DNA of 64,000 nt from Selaginella moellendorffii. Lineage: Eukaryota; Plantae; Lycopodiophyta. Positions 13,199-23,211 of the stretch are shown here, one piece after another. Within the stretch, counting starts at the first letter, position 1. Every line of letters starts with the position of its first letter. The stretch covers positions 2,570,191 through 2,634,190 of the forward strand of contig NW_003314270.1 in the NCBI RefSeq assembly GCF_000143415.4, in the 5' to 3' direction. The notes beneath the pieces were generated by a model, which searched no databases, was not told the origin of the DNA, and was given only the letters and a program-made list of their open reading frames with translations. A program made the position numbers and the translations under genes.

Positions 13199-13416
13199 CG
13201 AGATCACTCCAGGGAGAAAAAAACAAAATTTATAGAGAAATATTCTTGTTTGGAATGTTCCAATTCGTTTCCCGAAAAAAAAATGGCCATTTTTTTTTAT
13301 AGCTTTGCATTAACGATGTTTTATTGCTGTGCGCCAAAGAATCTTGTTAGAGTCAATCGCAAAATGAAATCGCCCATCCACCCAGCCGCCACAAAGAATT
13401 TATTACTGATTGACCA

Positions 13417-14076
13417 CTATCCGAGAGTTCCTCCTGGAAGATTTGCTACTATCCCTCCTGGAAATGATACTCGTTCTCCCGATTCTTCTTCGGTTTCTTC
13501 GGCCTCGAACTTCTTGAAAGAAGGAACCGCCTCCAGCTGAGTGCCGTGAATGCTCTTCACTCTCTTGAAGCTCAAGAAATCCAGGCGTTTCGGAAACACC
13601 CCGCCGGGAGCAACGCAGACGTTGAGCATGCCTTGCGAGTCGCCGTCCGGAGTGAAAACCAGGTAGGAGCTGATCGGATACGGCTGGTTGGAAGGCTTGA
13701 CGGCGTCCACCAGCGAGATTCTCACAGTCCCCACGAGCTTGTCCCGCAGAAACCCCGGGCAGAAGATATCAAACGTGAGCTGCGAGTTGCTATCCTCCTT
13801 GAAAGCCGCCTCTTCCACCTCTAAGCTCAGCTTCTCCTGCCATGTCGGCTCCGTTATCCCCTCGAAATCGATCTCTGTCTTCACTTTCTTGTCCGCGGAG
13901 ACGTAGGCCACGACGAAGCAGTTCATGTCTTTGCGGACTCTTCTGAGCTCCTGAGCTGAGATCACATAGAACTCGAGCAGCCTCATCTGCGGCTGCTTGT
14001 TGCGTCGCCTGATCCTTGGCACTGGCTGAGACTCCCCCATCTTGGAGAAACACGCTGTAAGCTTCTTCGCTAGCAT
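13417..14076 (-). CDS. C2-domain (SRC2-like) protein, a paralogue of the neighbouring gene, convergently oriented
   Basis: LEFYVISAQEL...TEIDFEGITEPTW...RDKLVGTVRISL...SYLVF...QGMLNVC, shared with the 12410 gene. Confidence 0.88.
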   Translation of the reverse strand: MLAKKLTACFSKMGESQPVPRIRRRNKQPQMRLLEFYVISAQELRRVRKDMNCFVVAYVSADKKVKTEIDFEGITEPTWQEKLSLEVEEAAFKEDSNSQLTFDIFCPGFLRDKLVGTVRISLVDAVKPSNQPYPISSYLVFTPDGDSQGMLNVCVAPGGVFPKRLDFLSFKRVKSIHGTQLEAVPSFKKFEAEETEEESGERVSFPGGIVANLPGGTLG

Positions 14077-14479
14077 GCACCACTTGAGAAGCCGATTGCT
14101 TGCCCTCTACTCTGTACTCTTTTGAAGCCCTTCCTCTTGCTCGACACAGCCGCCGCTGTCAGTAGAGCGAACCGAATGAGACGAAGTTATCCTTATGTAG
14201 GCCAGCACAGAGACGGGGTCCAAGAGGGATTACAGAGTCGTCAAATTCACCCGCACCTGCGTGTCGAGGATGTAAGCTAATGTAAAACGCAACCAAGTAG
14301 CGTTAGACACAAACAATACCTCCACGCGACCGTTCATGGAACTTGCGGTGCAATAGTTTTTAATGATCTCCTCCAATGGCCACTGTTCCATCCCTGCCAG
14401 TCAGCAAACGAACGCTTCCCTTCTGGTCTGCGGTGGACACGAGTCAAAGACAGAAGAAAAACGTGTCGCTTACCTGTTT

Positions 14480-16693
14480 TCACCGCTTGTTTTGTTGTAA
14501 CGTTCGGCTAATCTCGGGATCCACATCGGCTCCAGCCTCAAGTGCCTCCTCCCAAATCTCCATCGCCTGGTCCATCTTTTCTTCGGCGACAAGCTTTGTC
14601 AAGAGTAAGCTGTACATGAATGGCGTCGGAGAGCATCCCCGTGACTTCATCGCCTGGAAAAGCCGGAAGGCTTTGTCATGCTCCGCTGACTTCCAAAATC
14701 CATCGAAAACTGAGTTGTAGGTGACCGTGTCTGGCAGGCATCCGTCACTTTCCATGACTTCTAGCAAATGTATTGCTTCGTCCAGCCTGCTAACCTTGCA
14801 GAGCTTGTCGACGAGCACATTATACGTAACCACCGTAGGAGCGCAGCCTGTTTGCTTCATTAACTTGTAGAGCTCGTAAGCCTCGTCGTAGGAATCGGAC
14901 TTGCATAGTCCATCGATCACGCTGGTGTAAACTATAGCGTCTGGCGTCACGCCCCTTTCCAGCATGGTCTTCAGCAGCATGCAGCCGTCCCTCACGCGAG
15001 CAGACTTGCAGAGCTTGTCTATGACAATGCTGTACGTTATCACCGTGGGCACGCATCCCTTGTCAAGCATTTCCGAGAAGAACGCCAGTGACTTGTCCAG
15101 CTGGTCTGCCTTGCAAAAGCCGTGGATGAGGATGGTGTAAGCCACCACATCTGGAGCACTCCCATTTCTTTCCATCTCCCTGAGTAGCTTCTCGGCATCA
15201 TCCAGTCTTCTCGACTTGCAAAGTCCGTCAATGAGGGTGCTGCACGTTACGACGTCCAAGAAGTAGCCCCCGTTTCTAAGAACCTCGTACACCTCGTATG
15301 CCTCGTCGACTTGGGAAGCTTTGCACAAGCCAGAGACGATCGAGTTGTAAGTCACCACGTCGGGAGGACAGCCTGCTTCGGTCATGCGCTCTAGAAGCTG
15401 CCGAGCGTCGTCAATCCTGTTTGCCCTGCAGGCCCCGGAGATCATAATGTTGTACGTGTATATATCCGGGAGACAGCCACGATCGGTCATGAGCTGGAAG
15501 AGCTCGTATGCGAGGTCGAGTTGGCCGACTTTGCAGAACATATCGATCATCAAGTTGAAAGTGAAGTGGCTCGGTTTACAGTCCCTCCGAAGCATCATCT
15601 GTGCCAGGTTGAAAGCGTCAATATACTTCCCAGACTTGACAAGGCTGTCCATGAGTGTGTTGTAAGTAATGAAGTTTGGCTCGCAGCCATACTTGACCAT
15701 CTCTTGCAAGAGCTTGGCACCGTCTTGCGGTCTCTCTTGCTTGCAATACCCGTCGATGAGAATGTTGTACGTAAAAACGTCCGGCGAGCACGAGTTCTCC
15801 AGCATCTGGTTGAAGAGCACGACCGCCTCGTCCATGTTGCCGAGCTTGCAAAACCCGTTGATGAGCGTGTTGTAAGTTACGACGTTGGGAGCACAGCCAG
15901 CCTCGATCATATCCTCGAGAATGAGCGAGGCATCGCTTATCCTGGCAGACTTACACAAGGCGTCGACGAGAATGGTGTAAGTGATGACGGAGGGAGCGCA
16001 GTTGCGTTGCATATCCCTGTAGTGGACGAGCGCACTGTCGACCCTTCCATTGTCACAGAGTCCCTTGATGATCGTGTTATAGACCGCATTGTGTGGAACG
16101 ATCCCTCTCTTCTCCATCTCATCCAAAAGCCTGTAAGCCTGCTGGAAATCCCGGGCCTTGCAAAACCCATTGATCAAGGTGCTATACGTGATGCTGTCCG
16201 GAGAACACAATCCACAACGGTGATTCTTGAAGAGGTCATAAGCCTCCTGTGCCTTCTTCTTCCTCACGAACGCGCTGAGGAGGCAATTGCAAGTGAATTT
16301 CGAGTGCTTGTAGCCTGGCTGCCCCGTGCACCAATCGAAAAACTTGACCGCCTTGTCCAGATCGTCCAGCTGCTGGAGCACCCTTCCCACCACCGATGGC
16401 ACCAGGTAGCCCCCGAATTCACACAGCCGCCTGCTCGCGAGCTCGAAATCCTCGCTGCTGTCTAAAACCCTAAGGAATTCCTTGGCGGCCTGGGCGTAGA
16501 AGATGCCAGACTTGGAGCTGGCACTGGCAGCCGCGAATTTCGAGGTGTGGAGCTTGAGATCGGGCTCCACTTCCCTGGTAGAGTGCCGCGGACTTACCCC
16601 GAGAGAGGATGCAAGGCAGAATTTGGGCGGTGGCCTTCCTTTGCTGGTGGATGGAGCGGTGACACCAGCCGGAGCGCCCAGCGCTGTCGCCAT
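14480..16693 (-). CDS. P-class pentatricopeptide repeat protein with an N-terminal organellar targeting-like peptide
   Basis: About 17 tandem 35-aa repeats (PDVVTYNxLIxGxCKxG); FFDWCTGQPGYKHS. Confidence 0.96.
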   Translation of the reverse strand: MATALGAPAGVTAPSTSKGRPPPKFCLASSLGVSPRHSTREVEPDLKLHTSKFAAASASSKSGIFYAQAAKEFLRVLDSSEDFELASRRLCEFGGYLVPSVVGRVLQQLDDLDKAVKFFDWCTGQPGYKHSKFTCNCLLSAFVRKKKAQEAYDLFKNHRCGLCSPDSITYSTLINGFCKARDFQQAYRLLDEMEKRGIVPHNAVYNTIIKGLCDNGRVDSALVHYRDMQRNCAPSVITYTILVDALCKSARISDASLILEDMIEAGCAPNVVTYNTLINGFCKLGNMDEAVVLFNQMLENSCSPDVFTYNILIDGYCKQERPQDGAKLLQEMVKYGCEPNFITYNTLMDSLVKSGKYIDAFNLAQMMLRRDCKPSHFTFNLMIDMFCKVGQLDLAYELFQLMTDRGCLPDIYTYNIMISGACRANRIDDARQLLERMTEAGCPPDVVTYNSIVSGLCKASQVDEAYEVYEVLRNGGYFLDVVTCSTLIDGLCKSRRLDDAEKLLREMERNGSAPDVVAYTILIHGFCKADQLDKSLAFFSEMLDKGCVPTVITYSIVIDKLCKSARVRDGCMLLKTMLERGVTPDAIVYTSVIDGLCKSDSYDEAYELYKLMKQTGCAPTVVTYNVLVDKLCKVSRLDEAIHLLEVMESDGCLPDTVTYNSVFDGFWKSAEHDKAFRLFQAMKSRGCSPTPFMYSLLLTKLVAEEKMDQAMEIWEEALEAGADVDPEISRTLQQNKR

Positions 16694-16810
16694 AGCGCAG
16701 CAGCTCCTCCAAGAACCCTAGCTTTTGAGTGGTAAGAATAAATTTGAATTTCTGGATATACTTTTTTTCGCTCGCTTGGCTCCTCTATTTTCTTTTCTGG
16801 GAGAAGAAAA

Positions 16811-18231
16811 CTACGTGTCTCCGGAGCCAAGATAAACTCCCAAGTAGATGAAATGGTCCTCGATACTATTGCCAGACACGGACCTGTGAAGATAGAACAA
16901 TGAATTGGATCGAGCGTTAGAAAATCAAAGAGAAGTTTTTGCCTGCTACAAGTTGGATCTTCGCCAGAGCTGTCACAAACTCGCTCATACTCGAAGGTGA
17001 GAATTCCTATCGACAGAGTTGTGATCCACACCTGAGAAAACGAGCACCCAGCAGAAGATCCACGAAGCTTTTGGGAAGAACTTGGGAAGTACCTCTCTTG
17101 CGAAGTGATGGTAGCTTCGAGCTCCGAGGAAGGAGAGATATGGAGGGAGGTGCGGAACCATATCGTGACCGTGAGTCATTCGTATCGCTCTTGGCAAGTG
17201 CTTGCTGAAAAACTTTGCGAAGACAGTGTTGCCGAGGCGTGGCTGTCCAAACGTGACTATCTCTACATCGTCTGTGGAAACTTTGTAATTTACCTGCGTT
17301 CTTGGTGAGATCTCTCTAGAAAAAAATGATAGAGACGAGGGACTCACAATGAGATCGAGTGCGCAAAACGAGGCAAGAGCTCCTCCCATGGAGTGGCCCG
17401 TCACCATGTACTTCAGCCCGTGCCGCGTTTGCTCTATGTAACTTATAGCTGCCATTATGCTTGCTCGCATACTGGTGTTGTGATAAGCCGAGTAGAAACC
17501 ATGGTGGACCTTCACAAAGGATTTTCCAGGAGTCAGAGATTCAAACATCCAAGTATATCAAACCTTGGCATCCTTAGTTCCGGGATAGTTTAAATCGAGC
17601 TCCTTGAAATACAAATCCTCCATCCAGTTTGCCATGCTACACAACTAGACATTTATTATACGAAAAAGACAGAGAAGATTTTACCTGTTTTCTTGAGTTC
17701 CTCGGAAGGCAATCACAATAGCATGTAGACTCTCGGATACACCAACAAATGCCTGAAGAAAAAAGAAAAGAAAAATCTAGAGATGTTTTTAAAACTCTAT
17801 CTTACTTGCCTGTAGACAATGTCGAACATCCACGACAAGAGCTGTGACATGAAAATCCTGGAGATCCGATCAATCGACTGGAAAGACTGTAGAAGCGATA
17901 GACTTACCTTTATCACACCGTTGCAACGTGAGCAATTCCACTTCAGCAAGGAGGCTGAATCATCTAGATACACCTTAGAGGAAAGAAGACGAGAAAAAAA
18001 AAAGTTAAAAAAGCACTCGAGAAGGATTTCAATCCAAGTGCCTACCGCTGATGCATAGCGGACCATGATCTTTGCGAGCGTCCGATTGTAGTACCGAAAA
18101 CTCAAGTTATCTCCAACGACAAACTCTGCGAGAAGTAGTTTTTTCGAAAGTCACAAAAAAAACTAAAGGTTCTTACCTCGTCCAACAGCAGCGGTGAGGC
18201 ACGAAAGCAATAGAACCACGGCTAGTTTCAT
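16811..18231 (-). CDS. Class 3 (triacylglycerol) lipase, secreted, multi-exon
   Basis: Signal peptide MKLAVVLLLSCLTAAVG; IVIAFRGT; VHHGF; TGHSMGGA (GxSxG); TFGQPRLGN; HDMVPHLPP; GEDPTCSR|SVSGNSIEDH. Confidence 0.9.
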
Positions 18232-18595
18232 CACACCTTTCTCTCAATCCATCTTCACCCAATGCAATCCGGAACTAAAGAAGAAACCAAAGAAGAATGC
18301 AACGAAACTCATCCATTTCTTCTTACTTGGCAAGGAGCAAGCATTTGTCTCAAGACAAATGTTGCCAGTTTGGCACCCGAGCGCCACGCCAAAGCGATGA
18401 TCCCCCTGCGCAAGACGTGATCCCGGGCATTGCGCAGGATACCTAGAACTCACTGCGATCACTGCGAGCTCTCACGGACCTCGCCGCCGCGGGATCAGAG
18501 CCACCCAATCCGCTACCAAACAGCCAACAAAATCCCTAGTTCTTTATAGGAAAAAAGTTAAAAGTAGATTTGCTTAGTAAGATTCAACGACTAAT

Positions 18596-18667
18596 GGGCA
18601 TTTGGTCTACTGGTATGATTCTCGCTTCGGGTGCGAGAGGTCGCGAGTTCGATTCTCGCAATGCCCC
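18596..18667 (+). tRNA. tRNA-Pro(CGG)
   Basis: GGGCATT acceptor stem pairing with AATGCCC; anticodon arm CTCGC-TTCGGGT-GCGAG; T-loop TTCGATT. Confidence 0.93.
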
Positions 18668-18825
18668 CCCTGCTTGTCAGCTCGACAAGTAGCATCCACG
18701 CGGAAGCACGAGCTCTCTGTAATCAATTCTTTGAGAACATCTGGATCGAATCTTTGTTTGCTTGCTGCAATTGTGGTTTTGTTTCCTTCCCTGCTCCGAA
18801 TCTCTGTTTGATCGTGCTCGCTGAG

Positions 18826-19473
18826 ATGAGTCTCCGGCTCCTACTGCTCGATTCACCAGCGCCGCGACTGTCCAGCTCAAAGCCTCCGCCTCAAAAACCG
18901 CGATCAAGGTCAGTAGTTCTTCGATCGATTCGTCCCCGGGCCTCTTCGTCCGCGTCATCGGCCGCAGGGGACTTCGATTCCAACGATGCGAGTCCCAAAG
19001 AAGCTAAAGACGCAGGCTACAAGTCTCTGCTGGTGGCCATGGGCGTTCCTCTAGCCGCGGGATCGCTGGTGGCAGCATTCAACAGGCCGGATGAGTGGTA
19101 CTTCCAGCTCAAGAAACCGTCGTGGACGCCTCCAGCCCCAGTGATTGGATTTGCGTGGAGCCTCCTCTATCCTCTCATGGGCGCCGCGGCCTGGCTAGTG
19201 TGGAGGAACGGGGGATTCGAAGAACAGCGATCGGCGCTCACGATCTTTGGCGTTCAGCTGGGGTTCAATCTCCTGTGGCAAGTCGCATTCTTTGGGCTGC
19301 GCAACCCGGCGCTTGCGTTCCTGGACATATCCATCTTGGTTCTGCTCGTGGGCATTTGCGTTTGGGCATTTGGGAAATCCAGTGCCGCAGCTGCAAACGC
19401 GATGAAGGTGTATCTCCTGTGGGTGATCTTTGCTGCTGCTCTCAACTACAAAATCTGTGCGCTCAATCCATAA
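18826..19473 (+). CDS. TSPO: TspO/MBR family (translocator protein) membrane protein with an S/R/P-rich N-terminal extension
   Basis: WYFQLKKPSWTPP, AWSLLYPLMGAAAWLVW, QLGFNLLW...FFG, YLLWVIFAAALN. Confidence 0.9.
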   Translation: MSLRLLLLDSPAPRLSSSKPPPQKPRSRSVVLRSIRPRASSSASSAAGDFDSNDASPKEAKDAGYKSLLVAMGVPLAAGSLVAAFNRPDEWYFQLKKPSWTPPAPVIGFAWSLLYPLMGAAAWLVWRNGGFEEQRSALTIFGVQLGFNLLWQVAFFGLRNPALAFLDISILVLLVGICVWAFGKSSAAAANAMKVYLLWVIFAAALNYKICALNP

Positions 19474-19717
19474 AAGATCACATCTCTCCCTCTCTCTCTC
19501 TCTCAATCAAGATCATATTTGCCTCGAGTAACTTGGGTGATCTTGAAAGATCACATCCCCTTCTCTCATCCAAAACTAGAAAAATGAATCAAGATCACAT
19601 TTGCCTCAGTATTGGAACACTGGAGTAACTTGGGTGATCTTGAAAAAACTTAAAGCTCTCTTGGCCAAGACTAGAAAGAACAAAGATCACAGTTGCCACT
19701 GGAGATCTTGAAAGACA

Positions 19718-19789
19718 AGGAGGCAACCAGATTTGAACTGGTGACCCAATGGACTGCAGCCAATTGCTCTACCAGTGAGCTATACCTCC
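19718..19789 (-). tRNA. tRNA-Cys(GCA)
   Basis: Reverse complement GGAGGTATAGCTCACTGGTAGAGCAATTGGCTGCAGTCCATTGGGTCACCAGTTCAAATCTGGTTGCCTCCT; GCA anticodon, U73 discriminator. Confidence 0.88.
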
Positions 19790-20057
19790 ATCTCAACCAA
19801 ACAACTAGCATAGATCTTGCAGGAACTTTTCTGCGTGAAAACAAAAGTGGACTAGGCATGTATTTCTCTTTGGATTCAATGACCCACATTGTCTCTTTTC
19901 GTCAAACAAGATCATGAGCGCCTGTGGAAAACAAACAAACCAGCATTCATTCATGAGCACATGCCTAGTGTGAGCGAGCTGGTAGCAGTCAACCAAAGCG
20001 CGTCCATACTTCTCATATAGGGTTTATGGATCCTCTGGCTTGACGAAGAAGACGATC

Positions 20058-23000
20058 ATGGAGAACACAAGCACGGTGAGAGGCTTACTGCTAGTGCTCT
20101 TAGTATGGAAATGCTCGACAGTGGCACGGAGCCAAGCGACTCAGCCATGGCCTTCGTACAGATCGAGCTATAGCCGAATCCACGATGCCCAGAAGCAATG
20201 TCCATTCTCTTCGTCCTTGGTCTCCTCGCAGCAGCAGGGCGGGGACGATGATCAGGGCCCGGATCCCAAATGGGTCATCCAGAACGAGCTCAGCTTCCAG
20301 AATGGCGACTGGTTCCAGGAACCCAAGGCCAGATCCTCGCCGGTGCCTCGCTTCACTGTCAATGGGACTCGCCCGCAGCTGCTTTCTTCGTTCTGGATCA
20401 CGGATGTCAATCTCCGGAGCAAGGCGGGCGCGGTCAAGATCAGCGCCGTTTTGCAGCTCGCCATCTCGGCCTTCCGCAGCATCGGCTACTTCACGACCGC
20501 GTCCGAGAGCTCCGAGTCGTCACCGGAGTTTGCATCGCTCACAGTGCTCCTCGAGGGTGTTTACTTTGAGACCCAGCGCAACGATCGGGGTGTTTGCATG
20601 GTGGGATGCACGGTTTTCAACGGGACAAGGATCTGCGATCTCTTCCTGGAGCTCCACTTTCCCCGGAGGCTTTCGCTCGAATCCAGGGAAGTCCGCGGCT
20701 CCTTGACAAGCAAATCTGGGATCTTTGACGACGTATCCATCGCATCGCAGCTCGGAGCGTACTCCAAGTACGAGTTCGACGACGGGAGACTCGTCAAGCC
20801 CGCGTGTAATCCTTCCATGCAGCAGATGCCGTCGGAGGGCATTACAGTCTACACTGGAAATCGAGGCTGCTCGATACTGATGGAAATCCTTACTGGTCAG
20901 TGGATCCATCTCTCAAGCTCGGGGCCGTTTGCTCTCAACGCTACGAGGATGCAAGTGTTGGACATCCGCTGCATCGATATCCCGTCTGGAGCGAATGTGA
21001 GCGCCATCTTTCGAGCAACTCCCAGCGTTGACGACGAGAGCCTCTCGCTGGAACGCAAAGGACTGAGTGATGGGCTGGCCTTTGCTGCCGAGGGAGTCTA
21101 CAGTTCTTTCACTGGCGAGATCTGCATGCTCGGCTGCCGGAACAAAGATCTAAGCTCGTCATCGCCAAGCTGCGACGTCCGCGTGTCGATGTTCGTGCCA
21201 CTCTCGCTCTCCATCGCGCAGAGGGACGTCTTGTTTGGGAAGATGACGAGCTTGGGTGGCGAAAGTGCGTATCGTCCTACGAACTTTGGTCTCTTCGTAC
21301 CCTTGAGAGGCCTGCCATCGGAAGTGTCAAAGAAGTTGAGCTACAGCTACTCGAGAGCTCGGGAAGGAGAGAAGCTTGCGAGAAGTGAGGAGATGGAGAC
21401 GAGCCTGGCCGATCGAGTGAAGCAATCGATGCTCAAGTTCCCAAGGCCGAGCAAGGATCACTCGATGCAGGAGCTGGGGCAGGATTTGGCGGTGTTTTCT
21501 CAGCTCATCAACGAGAATCCAGCCAATCCAAGCGGCAGCATCCAGTTTTCAACAAGAACTATGGACATCCAAGCTTCATCAAAAACTATAGATATCCAAG
21601 TTCTCTCGATCGAAGACATCATTCTCATGGACTGGAACAGCCATCAGAGCGATGACTCCTCGCAAGAACTTGGCGATGACGAGAAAGATCTATCCAAAGG
21701 TGACGAGGAAACGATCCGAGTTGCGGTGGAGGTGATAGTGACGAACGTCGCTCAGGTATCCGCCGAGGGTGTCTACGTTCCTCGCACGGGACGGATCCAT
21801 CTTGTTGGCTGCCTCAATAACATCTCTGGAAGTGATGTTCTTATGGACTCCCAGCCCGATTGCAACACGACCATCGTGATCCAGTACCCTCCTCGCAACA
21901 CGCAGTGGCTCGTCAATCCCACGCTGCGCATGAAGATTGCCAGTTCTCGCGCGAGCTCCGACCCGAGCTTTTTCCCTCCGATGCATCTCGAGTCGTTTCC
22001 AATCCTCTACAGGGACCAGCTCCGCGAGATTCTCTCCAGGAAGACGCTGGAGGCCGTGCTAAGCGCAATCACCTTGAGCGTCATGCTCATTTGCATCGTC
22101 CTCCAGCTGATTCACGTCAAGAAATCCGCCGAGTCGGTGCCTTTCATCTCGCTACTGATGCTCGGCGTCCAGGCATTCGGCTACTCGATCCCGCTCATCA
22201 CAGGAGCCGAGGCACTGTTCGCCAGGCTCACCTCCCGTGACGATCCGGCCGCCGAGGCCGGACAATCCTCCGCGATCAAAGACACTGGGATCAACCAGAT
22301 GGTGCTCTACTTGGTCAAGCTCCTCTCTCTCGCCGCCTTCCTTCTCATGCTCCGGCTGTGCCAAAAGGTGGTGCGCTACCGCATCCGGCTCGCCACCAAG
22401 TTCCCGCTCGAGCCACGCCGTGTTCCCAGCGACGTGAAACCGGCCAAGATCTTCCTGCTCGTCCACACTCTCGGCTTCCTCACGGTGCTCGCCTTCCACT
22501 ACGCTCTCCAGGGCTCCTCGAGGAGCAGCGAGATGATGCGCAAGGATTCCCAGGTAGGATGGGACGGCAAGATCCAGAAGCCAGAGCAGGATTGGATGCG
22601 GGAGCTCAAGGAGTACGGGGGGCTTGTGGAGGATTTGTTCTTGCTCCCGCAAGTGATTGCAACCTCGGTGTGGGAGATCAGAGGGAAGCCACTGGCACGA
22701 GCTTACTACATGGGCATGACGGCGTTGCGATTGCTCCCCCATGTCTACAACGCTCTGACGAGGCCGCTCTTCAATCCATACTTTGCGGACGAGTCGCTGG
22801 TTTACGCAAACCCGAGGATGGATTTCTACTCGCGGGTCGGGGATGTGGTCATCCCCGTCATGGCGGTGCTGCTCGCGGCGATGGTGTACGCTCAGCAGAG
22901 ATGGAATGAGCTCAAGTGGGGCAGAGTTTTGAGGCAAGGATCAAGCAAGCTCTTGCGGTATGGATCCAAGTTGTATGAGAGGCTACCGTCGTCAAAGCTG

Positions 23001-23111
23001 CCCAGCACTGGGGCGAATTTCGAGGCCGAGATGATGCCAGGCAATGGCAACGTGGACGGGGACGAAGATCGACGAACCCTAATGGACGCTGAGAAAGGTG
23101 GCAACCATTAA
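20058..23111 (+). CDS. DUF2921 family multi-pass membrane protein (large luminal domain plus C-terminal TM helices)
   Basis: Intronless ORF of about 1017 aa with a signal peptide; repeated EGVY...G..CM.GC; PFISLLMLGVQAFGYSIPL; YGGLVEDLFLLPQV; RLLPHVY. Confidence 0.85.
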   Translation: MENTSTVRGLLLVLLVWKCSTVARSQATQPWPSYRSSYSRIHDAQKQCPFSSSLVSSQQQGGDDDQGPDPKWVIQNELSFQNGDWFQEPKARSSPVPRFTVNGTRPQLLSSFWITDVNLRSKAGAVKISAVLQLAISAFRSIGYFTTASESSESSPEFASLTVLLEGVYFETQRNDRGVCMVGCTVFNGTRICDLFLELHFPRRLSLESREVRGSLTSKSGIFDDVSIASQLGAYSKYEFDDGRLVKPACNPSMQQMPSEGITVYTGNRGCSILMEILTGQWIHLSSSGPFALNATRMQVLDIRCIDIPSGANVSAIFRATPSVDDESLSLERKGLSDGLAFAAEGVYSSFTGEICMLGCRNKDLSSSSPSCDVRVSMFVPLSLSIAQRDVLFGKMTSLGGESAYRPTNFGLFVPLRGLPSEVSKKLSYSYSRAREGEKLARSEEMETSLADRVKQSMLKFPRPSKDHSMQELGQDLAVFSQLINENPANPSGSIQFSTRTMDIQASSKTIDIQVLSIEDIILMDWNSHQSDDSSQELGDDEKDLSKGDEETIRVAVEVIVTNVAQVSAEGVYVPRTGRIHLVGCLNNISGSDVLMDSQPDCNTTIVIQYPPRNTQWLVNPTLRMKIASSRASSDPSFFPPMHLESFPILYRDQLREILSRKTLEAVLSAITLSVMLICIVLQLIHVKKSAESVPFISLLMLGVQAFGYSIPLITGAEALFARLTSRDDPAAEAGQSSAIKDTGINQMVLYLVKLLSLAAFLLMLRLCQKVVRYRIRLATKFPLEPRRVPSDVKPAKIFLLVHTLGFLTVLAFHYALQGSSRSSEMMRKDSQVGWDGKIQKPEQDWMRELKEYGGLVEDLFLLPQVIATSVWEIRGKPLARAYYMGMTALRLLPHVYNALTRPLFNPYFADESLVYANPRMDFYSRVGDVVIPVMAVLLAAMVYAQQRWNELKWGRVLRQGSSKLLRYGSKLYERLPSSKLPSTGANFEAEMMPGNGNVDGDEDRRTLMDAEKGGNH

Positions 23112-23211
23112 AGGTTGACCAAGGTTATACCTTTAATATTTTGGCAGCTTTAAAAATGTTCCGCTTGCATGCTGAAAGCTAAAATTAACTTAGTCTGTGC
23201 TACTCCAGACA

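Noticed and set aside
12128-13207. 359-aa minus-strand ORF and similar long antisense ORFs (15521-16465, 22152-22937, 36874-37689, 61669-62547)
   Set aside because: These are shadow ORFs opposite recognisable genes and show no protein motifs.
18631-18825. N-terminal extension of the TSPO ORF from an upstream start inside the tRNA
   Set aside because: It overlaps tRNA-Pro; the ATG at 18826 gives a plausible targeting peptide.
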